64,000 bases of DNA, taken from the NCBI GenBank assembly GCA_035439485.1, contig DAORKI010000003.1, positions 8,326 to 72,325 of the forward strand, written 5' to 3'. The translations under genes and the position numbers were made by a program. Positions 47,739 to 57,252 of the stretch are shown here, piece after piece; within the stretch, counting starts at the first letter, position 1, and every line of letters begins with the position of its first letter. The notes beneath the pieces were generated by a model, which did not search any database, was not told where the DNA came from, and worked only from the letters and a program-made list of their open reading frames with translations. Origin of the DNA: Bacteroidia bacterium (GTDB lineage Bacteria > Bacteroidota > Bacteroidia > UBA4408).

Positions 47739-50700
47739 TTATTTTAAAACCACCAATTTTTCATACTTATCGGCCCAAGTTCCATCGGGAGCTGTAACCT
47801 TTAAACGATAGACATATACTCCTCTGCCAATTTTATCACCAAAATCATCTAAACCATCCCAAGTTATTTGCTCTGATCTAAATCCTTCACATTTCACAAG
47901 CGTTTCCAAGGTTTTAACTAACCTACCTGAGACTGTAAACACTTGAATACTAACATCAAGCGTCTCACATGGCTTGTTGTGCTCAAACATGAATTTGGTG
48001 TAGGTGGTAAAAGGATTGGGATAATTTAAAACATGCTGCAAAGCCAAATTAGCAGAGGCTGAGACTATAAAATCTGTTTGAGCAGTGTTTGAATTATTAT
48101 ATACATCCCAAGCACGCAAAGACAATGTGTGTCGACCTTCGCTTAGTTTATTGAAAGGGTATCGAACAATACCACTTTGATATGAATTTAAATCTGATTG
48201 ATAAAAGTCGTTTAAGACAATCGACTTCTCAGTATTCTCGTCAAGCACAGCCACTAAATCATGACCAATTCCATTGCCAACTGTATTAATGCCATTTTCA
48301 TCAAACAATACACCCATTAAATCCGGATTCTCATTGGTAATGCTTCCTGCCACAAATTTATTGTCGTTCATATATAAATCAATCTTTGGACCATCTCCAT
48401 CAACTAAAGCATTTGGATTGGTTCCTCCAACAATAAAGCTTTCATTGTATCCATTAGCATCATTGGTTCCATCGGCTGCATAATAACTTATTCGCCCTGG
48501 TCCAAAAGCATAATCAATGTCTTTAGGCACTATAAAAGAAAAACTAAATTCACCATTAGTAACACTTACTTTTCCTCGATATATAATACTTTTTCTCATT
48601 TTAAAATTTTGTGCACTTGAATATTGAGGGTCATTAGCCAAGGTCTTTAATTTGGTTTCTTTGTCATATACAGTTGGGTAAAGTATTCCATTATAGCTTG
48701 TTAATTTTGTTCCATTTAAATTAGCCACAAAGCCTTTAATAGTAATTTTTGTTAATGCTTTAAGCGTGTCGCCCGAAAATGAAACTGGCTGATTATTTAT
48801 AGTCTGTGTATACACCTTATAATCAGGGAAGTTTAAACGAACCGCAGGATCACACAATAAAGAAAAGTTTCTGTGATTACTTGTGCCTGCACTTACTTGA
48901 GCAGTTTTATTCTTTGTTGTTGTACATACATCACCAACCCTAGGAAATAACTGGCTAGTTGAATCTCTTAAAAATACATTCTGATAAAAATTTCTATTCA
49001 ATGTTTCATTAAAATTTGCATAAGCCAAACGAGTTGTAGTTAGAAGGCCTATTCCTCCACCGTTCGGGCGCAATATAACTTCTTCTCCTGCCGAGGTTCT
49101 TCCTGGGTCATCAAAACGGCTGAACTCGCATGTTGCAGTTACAAACAAAGGCAATCGATTGGCATTGTTCCATGATTCTATATCTTTTACTTCTAAAATT
49201 CTTTCTTGTGACCAGCCTGTTTCACCACCATGCCCGGTATAATTTACAATTAACGCGCCTCTATCTACCCGTTGATTAATAGCAGTGTTTACATCAGGAT
49301 ATCTTGCTCCACCTGCAGCCGATTGTTGTTTAAAAGCATCAATATATATTTTGTCAATATTATAATCATGATAGGTAGAATCAACATAGTTTGCTAATCT
49401 TTCAGATTGGGCAAAATGCAAGTTATTATCTTCATCATCAGCAACAAAACAAATTACATTTCTCCAATCTCCAGTTGATACAGAACCAGCTGTACCACAA
49501 AAGGAAGGATTAGCAACCTCTATTGTTTGTGGCTGCATGTAGGCATAAATTTTATCAACAACAGCTTTAGCCTCATCCTTTGATTTAACAGGAATTCTTC
49601 CAACAGCAACATCCATTTGTTCTGTTAAGCCCTCCCCTTCATTTTCATCCAATAAGCCAAAATAATCATCAGACACATAGGAATTAATATATGAAACACC
49701 ATTTGCCGATTCAAAACAAACTACAAAATTTGTATTGCCAACTATACTTCTTCCTCTGTTTTTATATGAAGCATCTCCCATAATCAATAAATACTTCGGC
49801 ATTTCTTGTTCGTTAGTTGCCCTATTATAAAACATCATCATAAATTGCTTGATAGCTGTTACATCTTGGTTTCCTCCTGAAAATTCATTGTAAATTTTTT
49901 GTGGTGTAACCACCAAGGATTTTAAACCATCATTAGCAAAATGAAGATCGGCCAACCGTTGCGACTGTTCAATAAACAAAGGATGTGAAACAATTATCAT
50001 ATCATAAAAACCTAGTCCATGTAAATTTTGGTTTTCAACAGCTCCAAAATCAAAGGGTTCCTTTATGGCATTACTTCCTGCATTAAAGGCTATGTATTCA
50101 TTTACTGTATCTGCATTAGCTCTAAACACAAAAGAATTACCATTTAAATTACCCAAAATTTGCTTTACATTTTGTAGATCTGAAATGTCCCAAACAATGG
50201 TATTCGTAGATGCATCTGCAATATTAAAATCAGCCACTTGTCCAACTCCTGCAGAAGCAATATCTCTAAATGAAACTTCATTTCCTGACATTTTTAATTG
50301 CCTTCGTACACGCATTTCTATAAAATCAAGTAGTCCATAACCACTGTTAAATGAAGGGGATTTAGTGAATTTAATTTCGACATTTAACTGAGATGAATTG
50401 GGGATAAATTGTTGGCAATCACTTCCTATAGTTACTGGGTCGGCATAATACGGCTGTAAAGCCACTGCAGGAGGGATAACATTATAATTTGCTGAGGCAC
50501 ATTTAACAGAAAAAGTGGCAGATGGATTAGACCTTGCTGCCATTTGCGTTTTAATAAATGCTGGCGCATTATAGTCAATATTGGGGAAGTTAAAAGGAAA
50601 GTTATAGGTTGTAACTACATCAAAATTTTCGCCAAACCATTGACGACCACTTTTCACCACATTGCTTGCCTCATTTTCGTAAAATGCAAAATCATCAAAA

Positions 50701-51737
50701 GAATTAACGCTAACTGTGGCATTTTGTGTGACAGAGCTTTGTTGATTAATTCTTTTCCCTGCAATCCCATCAACGTTGATGAAATAGTAACTTGTATCAG
50801 TATAATCATTTAATTTATGGTACATACCTAAACAACTATTGTCCTTATACCAACGATGAGGTGCTTTACCATAAAAAAGTATAAAATCATCTGCATTAAA
50901 TACTCCATCCGATTCACCTTCAAAGTAAATAGCACACTCCTGCAAATCATCAAATCTAGGTTCGCTATTCAAAAATGGGAGTTGTTGACCTCCTGTTCCA
51001 TACATTTTTATATTACGTGGGTCAATTTCTTCGGGTTTAGCTCCAAGTGATTTAATAAAATTATGGTCAACTTTATAAACACCGTCCTTGGTAATTCCAA
51101 CTTTGAACCAGGTACCCGATTTTAATACCGATTCAGAGGCAAAAGTGTGCGATCGCCCACTAGAGCGGTTTTCTTGAAGAGGTTGAATCACAATATCAAA
51201 TGCAATTAATTTTTCAATTTTCCCTGTGGATGAATTTTTTCTTAATGGAACAAAATCAAATAACAATGAGGGTACCTTTTTTGTATATACTAATTTAGTA
51301 TTTACTTGAATGTTGGGACTTAAGTTCCCAAATTTTTCGGCAATTTCAAGCTCAGTGTTGCTCAATGATTCAAATAACATGTTTGATAATGAAACACTTC
51401 CATTTTTATATCCTTGAGGCAATTTAGTTTTTGATGAATAATATGGGAGTCCAGAATTTGCAGCATGGGCAACTCCATCGAAATTTAAAAATTTTTCGAC
51501 CGTTCCTGCACTATTATATATGCTTGGAGTTGTCCAATTTACTCTATAAGCCTGCGATAGTTTAGCAATGCCTTTTACATTATTTGTTACAGTACTACTT
51601 TTAACTATATTGGTTTTGGCATTTTCTTTAATGCCTTGTGCAAACGTTTTAATACAGAAAAACGTAATAAGGATAAAAATGGTGTGAATAAATATTTTTT
51701 TAGGTTGCATCATTGATCTTTGGATATTAACACTCAT
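47739..51737 (-). CDS. porU: type IX secretion system C-terminal signal peptidase PorU (gingipain-like peptidase C25 family)
   Basis: 1332 aa with a signal peptide. C25-like block LLIMGDASYKNRGRS...YFGLLDENEGEG. Size and adjacency to porV match Flavobacterium/Porphyromonas PorU. Confidence 0.75.
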   Translation of the reverse strand: MSVNIQRSMMQPKKIFIHTIFILITFFCIKTFAQGIKENAKTNIVKSSTVTNNVKGIAKLSQAYRVNWTTPSIYNSAGTVEKFLNFDGVAHAANSGLPYYSSKTKLPQGYKNGSVSLSNMLFESLSNTELEIAEKFGNLSPNIQVNTKLVYTKKVPSLLFDFVPLRKNSSTGKIEKLIAFDIVIQPLQENRSSGRSHTFASESVLKSGTWFKVGITKDGVYKVDHNFIKSLGAKPEEIDPRNIKMYGTGGQQLPFLNSEPRFDDLQECAIYFEGESDGVFNADDFILFYGKAPHRWYKDNSCLGMYHKLNDYTDTSYYFINVDGIAGKRINQQSSVTQNATVSVNSFDDFAFYENEASNVVKSGRQWFGENFDVVTTYNFPFNFPNIDYNAPAFIKTQMAARSNPSATFSVKCASANYNVIPPAVALQPYYADPVTIGSDCQQFIPNSSQLNVEIKFTKSPSFNSGYGLLDFIEMRVRRQLKMSGNEVSFRDIASAGVGQVADFNIADASTNTIVWDISDLQNVKQILGNLNGNSFVFRANADTVNEYIAFNAGSNAIKEPFDFGAVENQNLHGLGFYDMIIVSHPLFIEQSQRLADLHFANDGLKSLVVTPQKIYNEFSGGNQDVTAIKQFMMMFYNRATNEQEMPKYLLIMGDASYKNRGRSIVGNTNFVVCFESANGVSYINSYVSDDYFGLLDENEGEGLTEQMDVAVGRIPVKSKDEAKAVVDKIYAYMQPQTIEVANPSFCGTAGSVSTGDWRNVICFVADDEDNNLHFAQSERLANYVDSTYHDYNIDKIYIDAFKQQSAAGGARYPDVNTAINQRVDRGALIVNYTGHGGETGWSQERILEVKDIESWNNANRLPLFVTATCEFSRFDDPGRTSAGEEVILRPNGGGIGLLTTTRLAYANFNETLNRNFYQNVFLRDSTSQLFPRVGDVCTTTKNKTAQVSAGTSNHRNFSLLCDPAVRLNFPDYKVYTQTINNQPVSFSGDTLKALTKITIKGFVANLNGTKLTSYNGILYPTVYDKETKLKTLANDPQYSSAQNFKMRKSIIYRGKVSVTNGEFSFSFIVPKDIDYAFGPGRISYYAADGTNDANGYNESFIVGGTNPNALVDGDGPKIDLYMNDNKFVAGSITNENPDLMGVLFDENGINTVGNGIGHDLVAVLDENTEKSIVLNDFYQSDLNSYQSGIVRYPFNKLSEGRHTLSLRAWDVYNNSNTAQTDFIVSASANLALQHVLNYPNPFTTYTKFMFEHNKPCETLDVSIQVFTVSGRLVKTLETLVKCEGFRSEQITWDGLDDFGDKIGRGVYVYRLKVTAPDGTWADKYEKLVVLK

Positions 51738-51823
51738 AACTGAGCAAATGTTGAAATTTAAAGTTGAAAAAACGAAAATATTGTAAATTTATTGTCAAAA
51801 ATTTTAGATAGGAAGTTGTTAAA

Positions 51824-52873
51824 ATGAAAACAGAAATAAAAAAAATCGCGTCAAATGTAACTTTACATTCAAAAAAAGTGTATACTTGTGGCTTTAATCA
51901 TTTATCAATGAACAAAACTTTGTTGTTTAAATTGCTATTTACAGGCTTGACATGTATTATTCTATCGAGTGATGCAATGGCACAAGACCCGCAATTCAGC
52001 CAGTTTTACGCAAATCCGCTATACTTAAATCCTGCTTTTGCTGGAACTGCTCGCTGCCCTCGAGTTGTAATGAATTATAGAAATCAATGGCCGGGAATTC
52101 CCGGTAACTTTGTTACCTATAGTGCTTCATACGACCAACATATAGATAATATGAATGGGGGTTTGGGTGTTTTAGTAATGAATGACAGAGCAGGTTTAGG
52201 AGCATTAACTACAACTGGTGCAAGCGGTATGTATTCTTATCAATTCCCAGTTAACAGATTTTTTAGTATTCGTGCTGGTTTGCAGGCTACTTATTATCAA
52301 AAAAAGGTAGATTGGAATAGTTTAACATTTGGCGATCAAATTAGCGACAGAAACGGGTTTATTTATAAAACTTCTGAAACACCCATTCTTAATAGTCGTG
52401 GTGTAGCAGATTTTTCGGCTGGGGTATTGGCTTTTAGCGATAAATTTTTTGGTGGAGTTGCTGTGCATCATCTTACACAGCCTTATGAGGGTTTTACCAA
52501 CGCTGCAAAAAGTCGTTTACCTCGTAAAATTACTGCACATGCCGGAGCAGTGATTCCATTAAGCCAATTCAACGATTGGACTATTTCACCCAACGTTATT
52601 TATCAGCAACAAGCAAATTTTCAGCAACTTAATTTAGGGCTTTACGTATCAAAAGGACCATTAGTTGGAGGATTATGGTATAGGAATCAAGATGCCATCA
52701 TTGCTTTAATTGGTTTTAAAATGGAAAAATTCAAAATTGGATATACATACGATGTTACCATTTCTAAATTGAGTAATGCTTCGGCAGGCTCACATGAATT
52801 ATCAATGATATTTACCTTTAAGTGTAAGGTTAAAAGAAAGAAGTTTAATACAATAAATTGTCCTACATTCTAA
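51824..52873 (+). CDS. PorP/SprF family T9SS-associated outer membrane protein
   Basis: Hallmark N-terminal motif QDPQFSQFYANPLYLNPAFAG directly after the signal peptide; the probable true start is ATG 51908 (MNKTLLFKLLFTGLTCIILSSDAMAQ). About 320 aa beta-barrel. Confidence 0.75.
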   Translation: MKTEIKKIASNVTLHSKKVYTCGFNHLSMNKTLLFKLLFTGLTCIILSSDAMAQDPQFSQFYANPLYLNPAFAGTARCPRVVMNYRNQWPGIPGNFVTYSASYDQHIDNMNGGLGVLVMNDRAGLGALTTTGASGMYSYQFPVNRFFSIRAGLQATYYQKKVDWNSLTFGDQISDRNGFIYKTSETPILNSRGVADFSAGVLAFSDKFFGGVAVHHLTQPYEGFTNAAKSRLPRKITAHAGAVIPLSQFNDWTISPNVIYQQQANFQQLNLGLYVSKGPLVGGLWYRNQDAIIALIGFKMEKFKIGYTYDVTISKLSNASAGSHELSMIFTFKCKVKRKKFNTINCPTF

Positions 52874-52879
52874 ATATTA

Positions 52880-54520
52880 ATGGAAATTAATTTACGCTCA
52901 CCATTTACTTATACAATGAAAACAAGCAAAAAATTAATGTTGGCTTTTTCAGCAAGTAGCCTACTTTTGGCTGCCTCATGTACCAAGCCTACCTCTAATT
53001 CAACTGGTTGGGAATACAACAATCCCGATAATGGTGGATTCGAAAAAGTAGCCTATCAAGAACAAGAAACTGGCCCTGGTTTAGTTCTTATTGAAGGTGG
53101 TACTTTTAGCATGGGGCGAGTTGAACAAGATGTTTTGTACGATTGGAACAATCAGCCCAGAAGAGTTACTGTTTCTTCATTTTATATGGATGAAACTGAG
53201 GTTAGAAATATTGATTGGTTAGAATATTTGTTTTGGACAAGAAACGTTTATGGTACAGATTATTCTGAGGTGTTAAAAAAAGCGCTACCAGATACCTTAG
53301 TTTGGAGAGATCGATTGGCTTTTAATGAACCTTATGTAGAATATTATTTGCGCCATCCAGCTTATCATGAATATCCTGTAGTAGGAATTAATTGGCTTCA
53401 AGCCACTGATTTTTGTGCGTGGAGAACTGACCGTGTGAACGAATTTATTTTAATTAGAGAGGGTATTTTGGAGTTTGACCCTAATAATTGGGTTAATGAA
53501 AATAATTTCAATACTGATGCTTATCTTGTTGGACAATATGAAGGAACAGTTAAGAAAAATAAAGCTGATTTAAATAGCAAAGGTAGCGGTGAAAGAAAGG
53601 TAAGAATGGAGGATGGTATTTTATTACCTCGTTACCGACTCCCAACAGAAGCTGAGTGGGAATTTGCTGCTTATTCATTAATTGGTAACACCATGGATGA
53701 AGATGTTGTTAAGCGTAAATTATATCCTTGGAATGGTCATTATGTTAGAAATGACTCAGAAAGAGATATAGGTAAAATGATGGCTAACTTTAAAAGAGGT
53801 AGAGGTGATAACATGGGTACAGCAGGAAATCTTAATGATAATGCCGATATTACCGCACCAGTTTTATCATATTGGCCTAATGACTATGGTTTATATAACA
53901 TGGCTGGTAATGTGAGCGAATGGGTAATGGATGTTTATCGCTCAGTGAGTCATGATGATAAATCTGATTTTAGAGCATTTAGAGGAAATGTATTCCAAAC
54001 TAAAATACTAAATGAAGAAGGTGCAGTAGCTGATAAAGATAGCTTAGGACACATTAAATACAGAAATGTTGAAGCAGTAACTGATAACTTGGCCGAAAGA
54101 AGAAATTACAAACGTGCTGATAATATTAACTATTTAGATGGAGATTTTTCATCTCAAGTAGATGAAGAAAATTGGAAAAATTTACTTGCAACTGCCGCTG
54201 CTGCTGACGAAGGCGGAGGTGGTGAAGGAGGCGAAGCAGCCTCAGAAGGAGGAGGCGCAGAAGCTGCAGCTGCTGATGGAGAAATTAAACAAGAAGAAAG
54301 TAATGGAATGTATTACAACCAAAAAAGTGGCGCCAATGATATTACATCTATGATAAATGATAGAGCGCATGTTTTAAAAGGTGGTAACTGGCATGATAGA
54401 GCTTATTGGATGAATCCAGGTACAAGAAGATTTTTAGATGAAAGACAATCAACTTCTTGGTTAGGCTTCCGCTGCGCCATGACTCGTGTTGGTAGTCCAG
54501 TTGGTTTTAATAGCAAGTAA
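52880..54520 (+). CDS. gldJ: gliding motility lipoprotein GldJ-like (formylglycine-generating-enzyme/SUMF1 fold; alternatively a PorK/GldK paralog)
   Basis: 546 aa. Probable start ATG 52916 gives lipobox LLAASC. FGE-sulfatase-type segments (LIEGGTFSMGR, RLPTEAEWEFAA, NMAGNVSEWVMD, GFRCA). The size fits GldJ (about 560 aa) better than GldK (about 460 aa). Synteny with porU/porV matches my memory of F. johnsoniae. Confidence 0.6.
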   Translation: MEINLRSPFTYTMKTSKKLMLAFSASSLLLAASCTKPTSNSTGWEYNNPDNGGFEKVAYQEQETGPGLVLIEGGTFSMGRVEQDVLYDWNNQPRRVTVSSFYMDETEVRNIDWLEYLFWTRNVYGTDYSEVLKKALPDTLVWRDRLAFNEPYVEYYLRHPAYHEYPVVGINWLQATDFCAWRTDRVNEFILIREGILEFDPNNWVNENNFNTDAYLVGQYEGTVKKNKADLNSKGSGERKVRMEDGILLPRYRLPTEAEWEFAAYSLIGNTMDEDVVKRKLYPWNGHYVRNDSERDIGKMMANFKRGRGDNMGTAGNLNDNADITAPVLSYWPNDYGLYNMAGNVSEWVMDVYRSVSHDDKSDFRAFRGNVFQTKILNEEGAVADKDSLGHIKYRNVEAVTDNLAERRNYKRADNINYLDGDFSSQVDEENWKNLLATAAAADEGGGGEGGEAASEGGGAEAAAADGEIKQEESNGMYYNQKSGANDITSMINDRAHVLKGGNWHDRAYWMNPGTRRFLDERQSTSWLGFRCAMTRVGSPVGFNSK

Positions 54521-54543
54521 TTAAGGAAAAATCACAAATAAAA

Positions 54544-54578
54544 GCCCTGCTACAAATGATATGTAGCAGGGCTTTTTT
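54544..54578 (+). terminator. strong rho-independent terminator downstream of gldJ
   Basis: GCCCTGCTACA-AATGATA-TGTAGCAGGGC is a perfect 11-bp stem, followed by T6, 24 nt after the stop. Confidence 0.85.
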
Positions 54579-54836
54579 GTTGATTCACTTTAAAAAGTAA
54601 TACCAATCGTATTTATTTTTTAATCCAACTAATACCTTTACTCTTTATAAATTAGTCCATAAGTATGTGATATAATGCCGATAGCGTGTCTGTTAATATT
54701 CCAATCAGTTGGACTATTACAGAAACCGTATCCATATAAAAATTAAATATGCAATGGTAAATGCCAATGTAACTTGAAATTAGGCCAATTAGGCTAGGCC
54801 GTATTTAGACTAAATTGAAAGTGTTATCTGTATAAT

Positions 54837-55418
54837 TTACACTTTTATATGTCCCCAATTTTCTCCAGTTCTTATGCGGTGTAAAGTCATTTCAGAAACA
54901 CCAAATTGACGTGCTAAAATTTTCAATCTGGTTTTACGGTTAGGGTCTAATAGTTTTTTCTTTAAAATTATTACCTGAGCCTCAGTAAGTTTATTTCCTT
55001 TTGAATTTCTTCTATGTTCATGCAATTTTTTAAGCATTTCAATTACCAAAGGACTCTTCCTGTTATGCGCCCTTTGTTCTGCAGTTGTTACCCACTTTAA
55101 ATTCTTAACAAAATCATTAAGTCTGTTATAATCAAGGTGGATAACGTGCTTGTGTTCTTCGCTAGGCTTTGGAATAAAATATTCAGCTACTAGCTTTTTC
55201 ATAAAAATGCTTTTAAATACTCTTTTTCCATTCACATACAATACATACCTGAATAAATTATATCCATTGGAAGGGAAAATTTTAATTAATCGTCCAGCCT
55301 CCATGCTTTCACTAAAACTTATCACACGGCCATAATTTGAGACAGCGTATTTTAGCCTTAGTTTGTCCTTAATTTCTATCTCTTTAAATTCCTCACTTGG
55401 AAAAAGTCTAAAATTCAT
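54837..55418 (-). CDS. free-standing HNH homing-endonuclease-like protein (NUMOD4 + HNH_3 + C-terminal HTH)
   Basis: 193 aa. NUMOD4-like YAVSNYGRVISF. HNH_3-like HVIHLDYNRLNDFVKNLKWVTTAEQRAHN, compared with consensus HHIDGNKTNNRIENLRWVT..EN..H. C-terminal HTH LARQFGVSEMTLHRIRTGENWGHI. Confidence 0.7.
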   Translation of the reverse strand: MNFRLFPSEEFKEIEIKDKLRLKYAVSNYGRVISFSESMEAGRLIKIFPSNGYNLFRYVLYVNGKRVFKSIFMKKLVAEYFIPKPSEEHKHVIHLDYNRLNDFVKNLKWVTTAEQRAHNRKSPLVIEMLKKLHEHRRNSKGNKLTEAQVIILKKKLLDPNRKTRLKILARQFGVSEMTLHRIRTGENWGHIKV

Positions 55419-55597
55419 TGTTGGATAATTTATTACAATTCATTAGTTCAAATATAGCTTTTCAATTTAAGAAAATTAACTCACTTGTCTTCTAATTTTA
55501 AGCTTTGATAGCCATTAAATGTAATTTTTATAAGTTTCTGATGTAAAAAAATAAATTTACTAAATAATTCTTGTCTTCATTTCAACTGCTCAAAATT

Positions 55598-56242
55598 TTA
55601 ATCTTTAAACTTTAAATTTGCTTTAAATAGTTCTGTTTGAAGTTTTGGAATACTCGATTTTCCAATTCCATGTAATGCTAAAATTTGATTTTCGGTAAAT
55701 TGTGAAAGGATAGTTAATGAATTAATATTGCTATTGATCAAGGCTCTTTTTGCAGGAGCAGATAAGTGTTGCATAAATGCAACATCATATTTCTTATTTT
55801 TTTCACATTCAGGGCAACTAAGACAATCACTCGATTTATAGAATACATGTCCTTGTGTACAAGTTTTCTTTACTTTTTTAAGCTTGGCTTTTGTTTCGTT
55901 TTCATTAACTCTAAATACCACGATTTTGGTGATTAAATCAATGGGTAAAGGCAAGTTCAATGGAAATTGAACCGCCCCTTTTGAGTTTTTGTAATTATCA
56001 ATTTCTTTTTGAAATGCTTTTAATCCACTAGGTGCAGGATAAAATCCGATATGATTTTTATATGCTGCAAAGTGAACTAGATTACCATAATATTCAAATG
56101 TTGGCATGGCATATTTTATTGATTCAACAGCCTTTGGTGCAGCTTTGCGTATTATTGTTCTTATTTGTAGAAGTAATTTTTGAGTACTCTTAGGAAACAA
56201 CTCAATATATTCATCTATGTTTGTAAATTGACTACTTTGCAT
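55598..56242 (-). CDS. DUF1801 (YdhG-like) domain protein with a C-terminal Cys4 zinc ribbon
   Basis: 214 aa. The N-terminal about 120 aa resemble DUF1801 (IKYAMPTFEYYGNLVHFAAYKNHIGFYP). C-terminal CTQGH...CLSCPEC is CX11CX2CX2C. Confidence 0.45.
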   Translation of the reverse strand: MQSSQFTNIDEYIELFPKSTQKLLLQIRTIIRKAAPKAVESIKYAMPTFEYYGNLVHFAAYKNHIGFYPAPSGLKAFQKEIDNYKNSKGAVQFPLNLPLPIDLITKIVVFRVNENETKAKLKKVKKTCTQGHVFYKSSDCLSCPECEKNKKYDVAFMQHLSAPAKRALINSNINSLTILSQFTENQILALHGIGKSSIPKLQTELFKANLKFKD

Positions 56243-56447
56243 AAAGATTTTTGTTAAAGGTTTAATAAAGTGTAAATGTCGAACTTTTCATTTTTATAAA
56301 ACTATTGTAACAATTGCTGGCTTTTCGGTGTTAGGGAATAAACCCAGAAGAATAAAGGGAATTATTTGTCATTGAACACTGTTTTTATCTTATTACTAAG
56401 CTCTTTGTTATTGTTTTCTTTTTTTGGATTGTTTGGTCTTGACCCAT

Positions 56448-56678
56448 CTATTTTAACTTTCGAATTAAAAAATTTAGTTGTGAAATAATTTCTGGAAATA
56501 TAAACATTGGGCCATATGTAAGTACTGAAAATTCGTGACCATTCATATAGTTCGCTGCAATTAATAAGTTACTATAAGACCGATGAAAATGGTGAAATAT
56601 AACTTTCTCACATTTTATAATTTCATCCAAAGAATAGTTTCTGTAACTAGAAGCATAAAATTTATCAGGTTCATCCAC
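56448..56678 (-). CDS. small hypothetical ORF, possibly the 3' part of a frameshifted gene
   Basis: 76 aa with no recognisable family. An ATG at 56732-56734 opens a 38-codon ORF in another frame that runs into this one, so this may be a decayed gene. Confidence 0.2.
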   Translation of the reverse strand: MDEPDKFYASSYRNYSLDEIIKCEKVIFHHFHRSYSNLLIAANYMNGHEFSVLTYGPMFIFPEIISQLNFLIRKLK

Positions 56679-56734
56679 TTCTTTATTGAAGCAAAGGCAA
56701 AAACTATTATATTCTGATGAATTGGCATGTTAGG

Positions 56735-57151
56735 TTAATTACTTTCGACATACATTTTAAAATTATTTAAAATCGCTTGCCAACCTGCTTGTTGCATCTC
56801 GAGCGGATTTTCATTCTCAGCTTCAAAAATTTGTTCTATAATTATATCATCGCCAGCTATCTCGAAATTAACAACAACAATTCTACCATCCGTTAATATC
56901 GATGCTATTTTTTTATGTAAAATAATTTCGGTGTAAACCCATTCAAAGTCAAAACCCATACTTCCATCTTTAGCTTCCATCCTACATAAACATTTGCCAC
57001 CAACTTTAAAATCATTGTTTGCCTTCGGAGTATGCCAATCATCGGATGCAGCATTCCACTTTACCATATGTTGTGAGCCTGTCCAATAATTCCACACTTT
57101 AGTAATTGATGCATTTACAGTTGTACCAATTTTAATTTTTGTTTTTTCCAT
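56735..57151 (-). CDS. SRPBCC-fold protein (AHSA1/Activator of Hsp90 ATPase homolog-like)
   Basis: 138 aa. ITKVWNYWTGSQHMVKWNA...WHTP...GG pattern of the AHSA1/polyketide-cyclase-like family. Confidence 0.6.
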   Translation of the reverse strand: MEKTKIKIGTTVNASITKVWNYWTGSQHMVKWNAASDDWHTPKANNDFKVGGKCLCRMEAKDGSMGFDFEWVYTEIILHKKIASILTDGRIVVVNFEIAGDDIIIEQIFEAENENPLEMQQAGWQAILNNFKMYVESN

Positions 57152-57252
57152 AATTTTTGTGTCCTTTTGTTATACAAATTTATAGTTTGTTTGCTCTTCT
57201 CAAATAATAATTTGAATAAGCTTGAAAAACCTTTTACATTATAGTTTCAAAA

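Noticed and set aside
54162-54353. 63-aa plus-strand ORF
   Set aside because: Out-of-frame read-through of the GC-rich low-complexity insert inside the gldJ-like gene.
54580-55418. Group I intron-encoded homing endonuclease
   Set aside because: The HNH gene is not inserted in any host gene (no interrupted rRNA, tRNA or protein gene on either flank), so it is treated as free-standing.
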